A stretch of DNA of 59,345 bases from Saprospiraceae bacterium. Lineage in GTDB: Bacteria > Bacteroidota > Bacteroidia > Chitinophagales > Saprospiraceae. The stretch covers positions 11,131 to 70,475 of the forward strand of contig JBEQAD010000002.1 in assembly GCA_041640515.1 (NCBI GenBank), read 5' to 3'. Below, one piece after another: positions 9,743 through 19,604 of the stretch. Position 1 is the stretch's first letter, and each line of letters starts with the position of its first letter. Below the pieces are notes generated by a model, which saw only the letters and a list, made by a program, of their open reading frames with translations, was not told the DNA's origin and made no database searches. The position numbers were made by a program, and so were the translations under genes.

Positions 9743-12157
9743 TCATGCCGAGCAGGCCGTACAGGTTGGATCGTCCAAGCTACACACCTTGCCCTGAACA
9801 TCTTCCACACGCAAGGCGTCCATGGCAGGCGGTGTATGGCCGTGGCTCTCCGACACGGGCGGCGGAGTAACCTGGCGGGCGAACTTGTTCTGGTGCTTTT
9901 CGCTCAACGTAAACTTGATGGGGTCTGTCGCCGCTTTGGAGCGCAAATAATACATACCCGTTTTCAGCCCCTTTTGCCAGGCGTAGAAGTGCATGGAAGA
10001 CAGCTTAGCAAACGTCGGCGACTCCATGAACACGTTCAGGCTCTGGCTTTGGCAAATAAATGCCCCGCGTTCGGCGGCCATGTCCAAGATAACTTTCTGA
10101 CTGATTTCGTAGGCCGTTTTGTAAATATCGCGCACTTCTTTAGGGATCTCTTCGATACCCTGCACCGAGCCGTTAGCAGCCATGATGGCCTCCCGCATTT
10201 CCTCATTCCATAGGCCCAGTCGGACCAAATCGCGCATGAGGTGTTTGTTGACAACGATATGCTCACCGGCCAAGGTGCGCCGGGTGTATAAGTTGCTGGT
10301 GTAAGGCTCGAAGCACTCGTTATTGCCCAAAATCTGGCTGGTCGAGGCTGTCGGCATAGGTGCTATGAGCAAGGAGTTGCGCACACCAACCTTTTTTACC
10401 CGCTCGCGCAAGCCTTCCCAATCCCACCGGTTAGAAGGCCGAACACCCCACAGGTCGAACTGGAACAATCCCTGGCTTATGGGAGAGCCCGCGAACGTTT
10501 CATAGGGGCCGTATTGCTCGGCCAGGTTGCAGCTTTCGGTAACAGCGGCGAAGTAGATGGTTTCGAAAATGTCGCGATTCAATTGGCGCGCCCCTTCGCT
10601 ATCGAACGGCAGCCCCAAGAGAATGAACGCGTCTGCTAACCCTTGCACGCCCAGGCCAATAGGCCGGTGGCGGCGGTTGGAGCGCTCTGCCTGAGGAATG
10701 GGGTAGTAATTGATGTCAATGACCTTGTTCAAATTGCGCGTTACGACGCGGGTAATTTCATACAGCCGCTCGAAGTCGAACTGCCCCTCACGCACAAACT
10801 TGGGCAGGGCTATGGAAGCCAGATTACATACCGCTACTTCGTCTGGTGAGGTGTACTCAATAATTTCTGTGCAGAGGTTTGACGAGCGGATGGTGCCCAG
10901 GTTCTTTTGATTGCTTTTCTCGTTGGCGGCGTCTTTATAAAGAATGTATGGCGTGCCCGTTTCAATTTGGCTTTCCAGGATGGCATTCCACAGATCGCGC
11001 GCCCGCACGGTACGGCGTTGGCGTCCTTCGCGCTCATACTGGCAATAGAGGGCCTCAAATTTGGCGCCGTAAACGTCAAACAACCCAGGAGCCTCGTTGG
11101 GGCAGAAAAGCGACCAGGCCTCGTCGTTTTTGACCCGCTCCATGAATAGGTCGGGCACCCACAGGGCGTAGAACAGGTCGCGCGCCCGTAATTCTTCTTT
11201 TCCGTGGTTTTTCTTCAGGTCAAGAAATTCGAAGATGTCGGCATGCCACGGTTCCAGGTAAATGGCAAAGGCGCCTTTGCGCTTGCCACCACCTTGGTCT
11301 ACGTAGCGAGCGGTATCGTTAAATACGCGCAGCATGGGGATAATGCCGTTCGATGTGCCGCCGGTGCCTTTGATGTAGGAGCCAGTGGCGCGGATGTTGT
11401 GGATACTTAGGCCAATACCGCCAGCGCTTTGCGAAATGAGCGCGCAGCGCTTGAGCGTTTCGAAGATGCCTTCAATACTGTCTTCCGTCATGGAGAGCAG
11501 GAAGCAGGAGGATAGCTGCGGCTTTGGCGTGCCGGCGTTGAAGAGTGTAGGGGTGGCGTGGATGAACCAGCGCTCGCTCATCAGGTTGTAGGTCTCGATA
11601 GCGGCCTCGATGTCTTCTCCGTGAATACCCACAGCCACGCGCATGAACAGGTGCTGCGGGCGCTCCACCACCCTACCGTTCATACGCATAAGGTAGGAGC
11701 GTTCCAGTGTTTTAAAGCCGAAATAGTCGAAGTCAAAGTCTCGGTCGTGAATGATAGCCGCATCCAGTCGGTCTTTGTTCGCCATGACGATGCGGTAGGT
11801 GTCTTCGCCGATGAGGCCGGCGCGCTCACCTGTTTTGGGGTCTACATAGTGATACAGGGCATGCACCACCCGATGAAACGCCTTTTCTGTTTCTTTGTGC
11901 AGGTTGCTGATGGCAATACGTGCCGCCAATAGAGCATAGTCGGGGTGTACGGTGGCCATGGTAGCGGCTGTTTCTGCTGCGAGGTTGTCGAGCTCGACAG
12001 TAGTTACTCCGTCATAGAGGCCCAGGATGACCTTTTTAGCCACCTCAATGATATTTACATAGCGGGTATCTAGCCCATAGCAGAGCTTGCGCAGACGCGC
12101 GGTAATTTTATCGAACGACACCTCTTCTCGGCGTCCAGAGCGTTTAATAACTTGCAT
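9743..12157 (-). CDS. nrdA: class Ia ribonucleoside-diphosphate reductase, alpha subunit
   Basis: 804 aa. N-terminal ATP-cone ([20 protein letters not shown]), active-site SNLCTEI and a C-terminal CxxC tail (CTACSA). Confidence 0.97.
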   Translation of the reverse strand: MQVIKRSGRREEVSFDKITARLRKLCYGLDTRYVNIIEVAKKVILGLYDGVTTVELDNLAAETAATMATVHPDYALLAARIAISNLHKETEKAFHRVVHALYHYVDPKTGERAGLIGEDTYRIVMANKDRLDAAIIHDRDFDFDYFGFKTLERSYLMRMNGRVVERPQHLFMRVAVGIHGEDIEAAIETYNLMSERWFIHATPTLFNAGTPKPQLSSCFLLSMTEDSIEGIFETLKRCALISQSAGGIGLSIHNIRATGSYIKGTGGTSNGIIPMLRVFNDTARYVDQGGGKRKGAFAIYLEPWHADIFEFLDLKKNHGKEELRARDLFYALWVPDLFMERVKNDEAWSLFCPNEAPGLFDVYGAKFEALYCQYEREGRQRRTVRARDLWNAILESQIETGTPYILYKDAANEKSNQKNLGTIRSSNLCTEIIEYTSPDEVAVCNLASIALPKFVREGQFDFERLYEITRVVTRNLNKVIDINYYPIPQAERSNRRHRPIGLGVQGLADAFILLGLPFDSEGARQLNRDIFETIYFAAVTESCNLAEQYGPYETFAGSPISQGLFQFDLWGVRPSNRWDWEGLRERVKKVGVRNSLLIAPMPTASTSQILGNNECFEPYTSNLYTRRTLAGEHIVVNKHLMRDLVRLGLWNEEMREAIMAANGSVQGIEEIPKEVRDIYKTAYEISQKVILDMAAERGAFICQSQSLNVFMESPTFAKLSSMHFYAWQKGLKTGMYYLRSKAATDPIKFTLSEKHQNKFARQVTPPPVSESHGHTPPAMDALRVEDVQGKVCSLDDPTCTACSA

Positions 12158-12262
12158 ATCAATTACGATAATTTAAGGAAAATCCCATGGAAAAAGAGCT
12201 TAATCTCCGCACCGAAGCGCGGAGGAAGTGCAGGTATTTGAAAGATGAGGAATGCAAGGAGG

Positions 12263-12303
12263 AAAACTGCCGTGCCCTGTCACGGTTGATAAGACACGGC
12301 AGC
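12263..12303 (-). terminator. intrinsic terminator after yegP-like gene
   Basis: On the minus strand, ctgccgtg (12302-12295) pairs with cacggcag (12275-12268), followed by TTTT (12267-12264). Confidence 0.7.
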
Positions 12304-12313
12304 AACAAAAAGG

Positions 12314-12652
12314 TCAGGCTACAGCCGTTTCATCCACTATTTCAGCATCGGGAGCATTCTTTTTGACCGACTCAATACCGTTGTCGCGGGAGTCTTCAGA
12401 GGCATACATTTGACTTTGGCCAATTACTTGGCCATTGCTTGCCTTCAATACAAAATAAGGTTTACCATTAGATGCTATCTTTCGTTCGAAGCGGCTGTCG
12501 TCTTGAGCGTTCTTTTTGACTGACTCTATGCCGTTGAGGCACGACGCCTTGGAGGCATAGCCCTCACTCGACAGGATAATTTGGCCGTTGGTTGCCAGCA
12601 AGTTGAATTGGAACTCGCCATTAACTCGCTTGCTAATAACAAATTTACCCAT
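12314..12652 (-). CDS. YegP / DUF1508 (UPF0339) family protein, two tandem repeats
   Basis: 112 aa. Duplicated module (FQFNLLATNGQIILSSEGYASKASCLNGIESVKKNA and YFVLKASNGQVIGQSQMYASEDSRDNGIESVKKNA). Confidence 0.85.
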   Translation of the reverse strand: MGKFVISKRVNGEFQFNLLATNGQIILSSEGYASKASCLNGIESVKKNAQDDSRFERKIASNGKPYFVLKASNGQVIGQSQMYASEDSRDNGIESVKKNAPDAEIVDETAVA

Positions 12653-12681
12653 AGCAAGATGGTGTGTGTTTTAGTGAAAAA

Positions 12682-13671
12682 CTAAAAATCGGCGTCTGTA
12701 GTAAAGGTTTGCTCTTCTCGTTTGGCCAGCACACCAGCCTTCTGATAGTCTGCTACGCGTTTTTCGAAGAAGTTCGTTTTGCCTTGTATAGAAATCATGT
12801 CCATCCAGGGGAAGGGATTCGCCGTGCCAAATACTTTGGGCACGCCCAGCGCCACCAGGAGGCGATCCGCCACAAATTCGATATACTGGCTCATGAGCTC
12901 AGCATTCATACCGATGAGCGAGACGGGCAGCGCGTCCATGACAAATTCTTTTTCAAACTCTACCGCTTCTGTAATAATAGCTTGTACTTCTGAAGGCTTC
13001 AGCTTGTGGTGAAGCATGGAATAAAGCAAGCAAGCAAAGTCGCAGTGCATGCCCTCATCGCGGCTAATCAGCTCGTTAGAAAACGACAGTCCAGGCATCA
13101 AGCCGCGCTTCTTGAGCCAGAAGATGGAGCAAAAAGAGCCTGAGAAGAAGATACCCTCTACAGCTGCAAAAGCGATGAGGCGATGCGCAAACGACGGCGC
13201 ATTCTCAATCCACCGCAGCGCCCACTGCCCTTTTTTGGCCACACAGGGCAAATTTTGCAAGGCGTTGAACAGAAAGGCCTTTTCCTGCGGATCTTTAATA
13301 TAGGTGTCAATAAGCAGCGAATACACTTCCGAGTGGATGTTTTCGATAGCAATTTGAAAACCGTAAAAGCAGCGGGCCTCAGGTATCTGCACCTCGCGCA
13401 TAAAATTGAGCACCAGGTTCTCGTTGACAATGCCGTCTGAGGCGGCGAAGAAGGCCAACACGTGTTTAATGAAGTGCCGCTCGTCGTCGTTCAGCTTTCG
13501 TTCCCAGTCGTGTAGGTCTTGTTGTAGGTCAATTTCCTCGGCAGTCCAAAAAGAGGCTTCCGCCTTTTTGTACCACTCCCAAATACGAGGATACTGGATG
13601 GGCAGCAACACAAAGCGGTTGGGATTTTCTGCCAAAATTGGCTCGGCATATTGATAGTCTTCCTTAATCAT
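12682..13671 (-). CDS. nrdB: class Ia ribonucleoside-diphosphate reductase, beta subunit
   Basis: 329 aa. Di-iron ligand motifs ENIHSEVY and SRDEGMH. The R2 C-terminal tail ends in F. Confidence 0.97.
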   Translation of the reverse strand: MIKEDYQYAEPILAENPNRFVLLPIQYPRIWEWYKKAEASFWTAEEIDLQQDLHDWERKLNDDERHFIKHVLAFFAASDGIVNENLVLNFMREVQIPEARCFYGFQIAIENIHSEVYSLLIDTYIKDPQEKAFLFNALQNLPCVAKKGQWALRWIENAPSFAHRLIAFAAVEGIFFSGSFCSIFWLKKRGLMPGLSFSNELISRDEGMHCDFACLLYSMLHHKLKPSEVQAIITEAVEFEKEFVMDALPVSLIGMNAELMSQYIEFVADRLLVALGVPKVFGTANPFPWMDMISIQGKTNFFEKRVADYQKAGVLAKREEQTFTTDADF

Positions 13672-13770
13672 AGCGATGACCGTATCGTTGATAAACGTTT
13701 GCTAAAGAACAAAAGGGCTCCCAGCGTAGAATAGCCTGAGGCCAATAGGTGATGAAGCGTGCAGTTAGAG

Positions 13771-13804
13771 GAAAAAAGCCCTCTATTCTTTGGAAGAAGA
13801 GGGG
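13771..13804 (-). terminator. intrinsic-terminator-like hairpin inside the nrdB 5' leader (candidate attenuator)
   Basis: On the minus strand, ccctct (13803-13798) pairs with agaggg (13784-13779), with an inner gaa/ttc extension, followed by cTTTTTTc (13778-13771). It lies about 100 nt upstream of the nrdB ATG. Confidence 0.5.
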
Positions 13805-13961
13805 AACTTGCCCGGGGCGAAGGCGATAGAATAGATTGCACTGATAGCGACAACAAAAGTACCGAGTAGAGCCACTGCAGCAAGACTATTTTTCCACAAA
13901 ACGTTGGTAATTATTATAAATATATGATTATCAAATACTTTTTTAGGCGGCAAAAAATGTC

Positions 13962-14004
13962 CACAATGTGGATAACTCATTGTGGACATTTTTTGGGCTG
14001 GTTC
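13962..14004. promoter_or_regulatory. perfect 17-bp inverted repeat with a 9-nt spacer, carrying DnaA-box-like 9-mers
   Basis: aaaaaatgtccacaatg (13962-13978) and cattgtggacatttttt (13988-14004). The minus strand reads TTATCCACA at 13985-13977. The element sits in the divergent nrdB / rfbG intergenic region. Confidence 0.45.
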
Positions 14005-14072
14005 TTTTCGGCTAAAAGTGCCTGTCAGCGGTCAAAACACTGAAAAGGTCACCCGAAGGAGGCGAGGTGCGC

Positions 14073-14080
14073 TACCTTTG
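14073..14080 (+). promoter_or_regulatory. -7 box (TAccTTTG) upstream of rfbG-like gene
   Basis: tacctttg lies 28 nt upstream of the ATG at 14108 and inside the extended track ORF (13982). Confidence 0.45.
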
Positions 14081-14107
14081 GTCGGTAAAATACCGCGTTG
14101 CAGACAC

Positions 14108-15205
14108 ATGGATTTTTCTTTTCACGGCAAGCGCGTGTTAGTCACTGGCCACACAGGCTTCAAAGGCGCCTGGCTTAGCCTTTGGCTCGACCGGTTGGGC
14201 GCTCAGCTGTCGGGTATTGCCCTCGACCCGCGTACCGAACGCGACGTTTTCGTGCTAAGCGGTCTGGGGGAACGCCTGCGCGACCACCGCGCTGATATCC
14301 GCGACCTGGATGCCGTGCTGCGCATCTTTGCCGAAGAGCAACCGGAAGTGGTTTTCCACTTAGCCGCCCAGCCGCTGGTGTTGGCCAGCTACGATGACCC
14401 GGTGGGCACCTTTGCTACTAATACGCAGGGCACTGTACATATCTTAGAAGCTATTCGGCACACCCCCTCCGTACGTGCGGCCGTGCTGATAACGACCGAT
14501 AAGTGCTACGAAAACCGAGAGTGGGTCTACGGCTACCGCGAGAGCGATCCTATGGGTGGCCACGACCCCTACAGTGCCAGCAAGGGCGCTGCAGAATTGG
14601 TTATTGCCGCCTATCGCCGTTCGTTTTTCCACCGGTCGGGTAGCGCCGCCATTGCCTCGGCACGCGCAGGCAATGTCATCGGTGGGGGCGACTGGTCTGA
14701 CTACCGCCTTGTGCCCGACATTGCGCGCGCTATCGAAAGCGGCCAGGTGCTTTCCATCCGCAGCCCTCAGGCAGTGCGACCCTGGCAACACGTGTTAGAG
14801 CCATTAGGGGGGTACTTGCTCCTGGCCCAACGCCTGTTGGAGGCACCTGAGTCTTTTGCCGATGCGTGGAATTTCGGACCCTTACCGCACAGCATTCGGC
14901 CCGTCCGCGCAGTGTGTGATGCTTTTTTTGGATATTTCCGCCAACACCTGCCCTCGGCTACTGGGCACCCCGGCTGGCGCGATACATCCTCGCCGGAGCA
15001 GCCCCATGAGGCAGGTTTGCTTATGCTGGACATCAGCAAAGCTCTGCATCGCCTCGGCTGGCAACCCGTGCTTTCGTTTCAGGAAATGGTAGCTCTTACA
15101 GCCGACTGGTACGCCCGCTACCGCACAGAGTCGGTTTACGCCTTATGCCAGGAGCAACTCCAGACGTACGAGCGCCTCTGGCAAGCCCGAGTTCAATCGG
15201 TCTGA
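14108..15205 (+). CDS. rfbG: CDP-glucose 4,6-dehydratase
   Basis: MDFSFHGKRVLVTGHTGFKGAWLSLWL N-terminus (Rossmann fold, typical of RfbG) and a YSASKGAAE catalytic YxxxK. Confidence 0.85.
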   Translation: MDFSFHGKRVLVTGHTGFKGAWLSLWLDRLGAQLSGIALDPRTERDVFVLSGLGERLRDHRADIRDLDAVLRIFAEEQPEVVFHLAAQPLVLASYDDPVGTFATNTQGTVHILEAIRHTPSVRAAVLITTDKCYENREWVYGYRESDPMGGHDPYSASKGAAELVIAAYRRSFFHRSGSAAIASARAGNVIGGGDWSDYRLVPDIARAIESGQVLSIRSPQAVRPWQHVLEPLGGYLLLAQRLLEAPESFADAWNFGPLPHSIRPVRAVCDAFFGYFRQHLPSATGHPGWRDTSSPEQPHEAGLLMLDISKALHRLGWQPVLSFQEMVALTADWYARYRTESVYALCQEQLQTYERLWQARVQSV

Positions 15206-15292
15206 GCCTTCGTGCACTTGTTTTTTATCGCTTCTTCAGGAAGGGCCTTTCATTTATTTGGCTAACGCCTCGCCAAGCCTCTGAGCTCCGTG

Positions 15293-15300
15293 TACCTTTG
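15293..15300 (+). promoter_or_regulatory. -7 box (TAccTTTG) upstream of purH
   Basis: tacctttg lies 16 nt upstream of the ATG at 15316. Confidence 0.45.
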
Positions 15301-15315
15301 CGCCCAAAAACGTAC

Positions 15316-16866
15316 ATGACAAAGACTTCTTCCCCAACTACCGACCTGCGAAAAATTCGCACGGCCCTCCTTTCTGTGTATGCCAAAGACGGCCTCGAAC
15401 CCGTAGCGCGACGGTTGCATGCCTTGGGTGCAGTGCTCTACAGCACGGGCGGCACTCAGACCTATTTGGAAAAACTCGGCATCCCCGTAGTGCCGGTGGA
15501 GGCGCTGACAGGCTATCCTAGCATTCTGGACGGGCGGGTAAAAACCTTGCACCCTGCCGTCTTCGGCGGGCTCCTGGCGCGCCGCGAAAAGAAGCATCTG
15601 GATCAATTGGCGCAATACAACATCCCGGAGATTGACTGCGTCATCGTGGACCTTTACCCGTTCGAAGAAACGGTAGCCAGTGTGGCCGATGAGGCAGAAA
15701 TCATCGAGAAAATTGACATTGGCGGTGTGTCACTCATCCGCGCAGCCGCCAAGAACTGGGCCGAGGTAGCTGTTGTGGCTTCGCGCGATGATTACAGTAT
15801 GTTTTTAGAGGCTTTGGAGCGCCACGACGGCCACACCAGCGCCGCCGACCGCCGCGAGTTGGCCCGCCGAGCTTTTAAAGTTACCTCTAATTACGATATT
15901 GCCATTTTTAACTGGTTCAACGAGGGCACGGCGGACATTGCCTTCAAATACTCTATCCACCGCTCGGATATTTTGCGCTATGGCGAAAACCCTCACCAAG
16001 CGGGTGTCTTTTTTGGCGACTTTGGCCAGATATTTGAAAAGCTCAATGGTAAGGCGATCTCTTTCAACAACCTGCTCGATATTGATGCGGGCGTGCAGCT
16101 GATGCGCGAGTTTCACTTGGGCAAGCCGACGTTTGCCATCCTGAAGCACACGAACGCCTGCGGTGTAGCGCGTCGGCACACCTTAATAGAAGCCTGGCGG
16201 GCTGCCCTAGCCTGCGACCCTGTATCGGCCTTTGGCGGCATCTACATCACCAACACCCGTGTTGATTTGGCTACCGCCGAGGAGATTAACCGCTTGTTCT
16301 ATGAAGTGCTGATTGCTCCTGATTTCGAGCCTGACGCGTTGGAGGTGCTGCGAAAAAAAGAGCAACGTATTTTGCTAAAAATTCGGGATTTCTATGTGCG
16401 CCCTCGCAGTTTTCGCAGCCTGCTTAACGGCGTAGTGGAGCAAGACACGGATCTCAAAACAGAAACGGAGGCCGATTTGCGCCCTGTAACCAAGCGCCTG
16501 CCCACACCCAAGGAGGTGGGCGAGATGCTTTTCGCTGCGCGTTGTGTTAAGCACTTGAAATCGAACGCTATCGCTTTGGTCAAGGAGCGTCAGCTTATCG
16601 GTATGGGTTGTGGCCAGCCTTCGCGCGTGGATGCGCTGCGCCAAGCCATCGCTAAGGCGCGCTCTTTTGGGTTTGACCTCAACGGGGCCGTCATGGCATC
16701 TGATGCCTTTTTCCCCTTTCCCGACTGCGTAGAAATTGGTCATGAGGCAGGTATTACAGCCATCCTGCAGCCTGGTGGCTCCATTAAGGATCAAGACAGC
16801 ATCCGCGCTTGTGATGAACGCGGCATGGCTATGGTGTTCACCGGCATTCGGCATTTCCGGCATTAA
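15316..16866 (+). CDS. purH: bifunctional AICAR transformylase / IMP cyclohydrolase
   Basis: 516 aa from MTKTSSPTTDLRKIRTALLSVYAKDG (MGS-like IMPCH domain), followed by the AICARFT domain and ending ...FTGIRHFRH. Confidence 0.95.
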   Translation: MTKTSSPTTDLRKIRTALLSVYAKDGLEPVARRLHALGAVLYSTGGTQTYLEKLGIPVVPVEALTGYPSILDGRVKTLHPAVFGGLLARREKKHLDQLAQYNIPEIDCVIVDLYPFEETVASVADEAEIIEKIDIGGVSLIRAAAKNWAEVAVVASRDDYSMFLEALERHDGHTSAADRRELARRAFKVTSNYDIAIFNWFNEGTADIAFKYSIHRSDILRYGENPHQAGVFFGDFGQIFEKLNGKAISFNNLLDIDAGVQLMREFHLGKPTFAILKHTNACGVARRHTLIEAWRAALACDPVSAFGGIYITNTRVDLATAEEINRLFYEVLIAPDFEPDALEVLRKKEQRILLKIRDFYVRPRSFRSLLNGVVEQDTDLKTETEADLRPVTKRLPTPKEVGEMLFAARCVKHLKSNAIALVKERQLIGMGCGQPSRVDALRQAIAKARSFGFDLNGAVMASDAFFPFPDCVEIGHEAGITAILQPGGSIKDQDSIRACDERGMAMVFTGIRHFRH

Positions 16867-16896
16867 CGCCGAAAACAGGCACACGGTCTGGCGGCT

Positions 16897-19575
16897 TCAC
16901 ACGGCCATGGGATCGGGCTTGTCGGCCTCAATGCCGTATTTTTTCATAAAGGCCAACACCGCTTTCTCCGATACGCTGCCTTGCTGCTGTAGCAGCCGAA
17001 CAGCGGCAAAGGCAATGTATTTAGCGCTGACTTCAAAATAGTTGCGCAGGTTGTTGCGGCTATCGGAAAGGCCAAAGCCATCGGTGCCCAGCACAGTGAA
17101 AGGTTGGGGCATCCACGGAGCCAAGCAGCCAGCAGTGAGTTTGACCCAGTCGCTAGCGGCTACGAAGACGCCGCTTTCGCCCTGCAACACTTGCCTCAAG
17201 TAAGGTACCTGGGAGGGCTGGTCAGGGTGGAGGCGATTATAGCGGTCACATGCCAAGGCATCGCGGTATAGCTCACTCCACGACGTTGCGCTCCAGACAT
17301 CGGTGCTCACCCCTTCGGCCTCAAGGAGCTCAGCGGCTTTCAGGGCCTGGTCCATAATGATGCCGGAGGCCATGAGGTGGGCTTTTACGTTCGGCTTTGC
17401 CGACTTTTTACTGGAGCGCCGGTAGCAGTACAGGCCGCGGCGAATGCCCTCCTCCACCCCTTCAGGCATGGGTGGCATCAGCAAGTTTTCGTTGTAGAGG
17501 GTGATGTAGTAAATCTTGTGCTCGTTGTTGACGTACATGCGGCGGATACCGTCGTGTACGATAACCGCCAATTCGTAAGCAAAAGCTGGGTCGTAGCTAA
17601 TTACGGCGGGTACGGTTTGAGCGATGATGTGCGAATGACCGTCCTGGTGTTGTAGCCCTTCTCCATTCAGCGTGGTTCGGCCAGCAGTGGCTCCCAACAA
17701 GAAGCCTTTGCACATCATGTCGGCAGCCGCCCACACCATATCGCCCACGCGCTGAAAACCGAACATAGAGTAGAAGATATAAAAAGGTATGGTCGGCACA
17801 CCGTGCAAGCTATACGCCGTGCCTGCGGCTGTGAAAGAGGCCAGTGCACCGTCTTCGTTGATGCCTTCCTGGAGTACCTGCCCTGTTTTCGACTCTTTGT
17901 ACTTGATAACGGAAATACCAATCTCCAGCGGCGTGTATTTCTGGCCTTGTTGGTTCCAAATCTGAGCAGAGTTGAAGAGGGACTCCATGCCAAAAGTCTG
18001 GGCTTCATCAGGGACGATGGGCACGATGTACTTGCCTATTTCTGGGTGACGGATGAGCTGGGTAAGCATGTCCACCATAGCCGCTGTGGTGGAGAAGTCT
18101 TTATTGCCGGCGGCAGCGCTGCCTTTCAGCTGTTTTTCGAAGAGCGTTATTGGCGGCAGGGCGATGGGTGTGTATTCTTCGGAGCGTTCGGGCAAATAGC
18201 CGCCCAAGGCTTGGCGGCGGGCATGCAGGTATTGCGTAGCCGGATCATCGGGACCTGGAAACCAAAATTTGGCCTGCCTAGCTTCTTCGTCGGTGATGGG
18301 GATGCCGTAGCGCTCTTTGGTTTCCACGCGCGCCTCAGCGCTGATGTCTTTTGTCTGGTGGGCTTTGTTTTTTCCTTCGGCGGCCTTACCCATGCCATAG
18401 CCTTTGACGGTTTTGACGATAATAGCCACTGGCTTATCGGCGCGCATGGCGCGTTCGTAGGCCGCATAGATTTTTAGCGCGTCGTGGCCACCTCGGCGCA
18501 GGGCTTTGAGCTGCTCATCGGAGTAGTCAGCCAGCAAGGCGGCAATGCGCGGGTCATCGCCAATGAGTTTCCGGCGTATTTCAGCACCGCTACTAACGGC
18601 GGACATTTCCTGGTATTCGCCATCCACCAGTGCTTCCAAGCGGGCTAAGAGTGCGCCTTCGGTGTCTTTGGCAAACAGTTCGTCCCAGTCGCTGCTCCAG
18701 ATAACTTTAATGACCTCCCAAGAAGCGCCGTAAAAGTGACGCTCTACTTCCTGGATGATTTTATTGTTGCCGCGCACTGGGCCGTCTAAGCGCTGCAAGT
18801 TGCAGTTGATGACGAAGACGAGGTTGTCCAGCTGTTCGCGCGCCGCTACGCCAATGGTGCCATACACTTCGGGTTCATCCATCTCTCCGTCGCCGACAAA
18901 TTGCCACACTTTTCCGCCGTTTTTGGGCTTCAGACCGCGGCTTTCCAAGTATTTCATGAAGCGCGCCTGATAGATAGCGGTCATAGGCCCTAGGCCCATG
19001 CTGACGGTAGGTGCTTGCCAGAAGCGAGGCATTCGACGCGGGTGAGGATAGCTAGAAACGCCGCCCTCGAGTTCTTGGCGGAAGTTAGCGATTTGCTCCA
19101 GCGTTAGGCGGCCTTCCCACACGGCACGGGCATAAATGCCCGGCGAAGCATGTCCTTGAAACATAAGCAGGTCGCCGCCATAGTCGGCTGTGCGATGGCG
19201 CAAAAAGTGATTGAACAGCACTTCCAGCATAGTAGCGCACGAGGCGTAAGTGGCGATGTGGCCACCTAAAGCCAGACCCTTATCCTGCGCCTGCAGTACG
19301 ATAGCTTGGGCATTCCAGCGGAGGATGTTCTCGATGCGTTGCTCTATCGCCAAGTCGCCCGGGTAAGTGGGTTCCTCTTCAGGTGGTATCGTATTTCGAT
19401 AAGGTGTGTTGAGCGCCGGACCGCCAATAGGCACTCCGTGCCGTGCCAACCAGTAGCGCAGCCGTTGGATGAGCTCAGCGCTTTTGGCTTTTCCATGCGC
19501 TTCTAAAACCTCTTCTAGTGCCTCTAGCCATTCTTCCTGTTCCAGTCTCCAATCATCGAGCGGTTGTTGTCCCAT
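16897..19575 (-). CDS. aceE: pyruvate dehydrogenase E1 component, homodimeric type
   Basis: 892 aa. ThDP-binding GDGEMDEPE motif. Length and N-terminus are typical of AceE. Confidence 0.95.
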   Translation of the reverse strand: MGQQPLDDWRLEQEEWLEALEEVLEAHGKAKSAELIQRLRYWLARHGVPIGGPALNTPYRNTIPPEEEPTYPGDLAIEQRIENILRWNAQAIVLQAQDKGLALGGHIATYASCATMLEVLFNHFLRHRTADYGGDLLMFQGHASPGIYARAVWEGRLTLEQIANFRQELEGGVSSYPHPRRMPRFWQAPTVSMGLGPMTAIYQARFMKYLESRGLKPKNGGKVWQFVGDGEMDEPEVYGTIGVAAREQLDNLVFVINCNLQRLDGPVRGNNKIIQEVERHFYGASWEVIKVIWSSDWDELFAKDTEGALLARLEALVDGEYQEMSAVSSGAEIRRKLIGDDPRIAALLADYSDEQLKALRRGGHDALKIYAAYERAMRADKPVAIIVKTVKGYGMGKAAEGKNKAHQTKDISAEARVETKERYGIPITDEEARQAKFWFPGPDDPATQYLHARRQALGGYLPERSEEYTPIALPPITLFEKQLKGSAAAGNKDFSTTAAMVDMLTQLIRHPEIGKYIVPIVPDEAQTFGMESLFNSAQIWNQQGQKYTPLEIGISVIKYKESKTGQVLQEGINEDGALASFTAAGTAYSLHGVPTIPFYIFYSMFGFQRVGDMVWAAADMMCKGFLLGATAGRTTLNGEGLQHQDGHSHIIAQTVPAVISYDPAFAYELAVIVHDGIRRMYVNNEHKIYYITLYNENLLMPPMPEGVEEGIRRGLYCYRRSSKKSAKPNVKAHLMASGIIMDQALKAAELLEAEGVSTDVWSATSWSELYRDALACDRYNRLHPDQPSQVPYLRQVLQGESGVFVAASDWVKLTAGCLAPWMPQPFTVLGTDGFGLSDSRNNLRNYFEVSAKYIAFAAVRLLQQQGSVSEKAVLAFMKKYGIEADKPDPMAV

Positions 19576-19604
19576 GTTGTCTATAGTTAAAAAATAAAGA
19601 CGGG

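Noticed and set aside
9463-10213. ORFs 9463..9810 (-), 9580..9870 (+) and 9692..10213 (+) around the nrdA 3' end
   Set aside because: They overlap the nrdA coding region or its 3' UTR, have Arg/Pro/Gly-rich composition and lack start context. The 165-nt interval between the nrdA stop and the terminator at 9534-9578 is taken as 3' UTR.
13672-13960. Cobalamin riboswitch in the nrdB leader
   Set aside because: The conserved core elements (GGGAA, GGUG.AA.UCC, the B12-box / GCCACUG-type element) are not present on the minus strand. Only a chance gcagtggc occurs.
13962-14004. NrdR boxes in the palindrome
   Set aside because: The arms contain CCACAATG / CATTGTGG, which resemble NrdR half-sites (consensus acaCwAtATaTwGtgt as I remember it). 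But the halves are split by 9 nt instead of forming a contiguous 16-mer, and there is no second box one to three helical turns away. The idea is not excluded, but the DnaA-box reading fits the sequence better.
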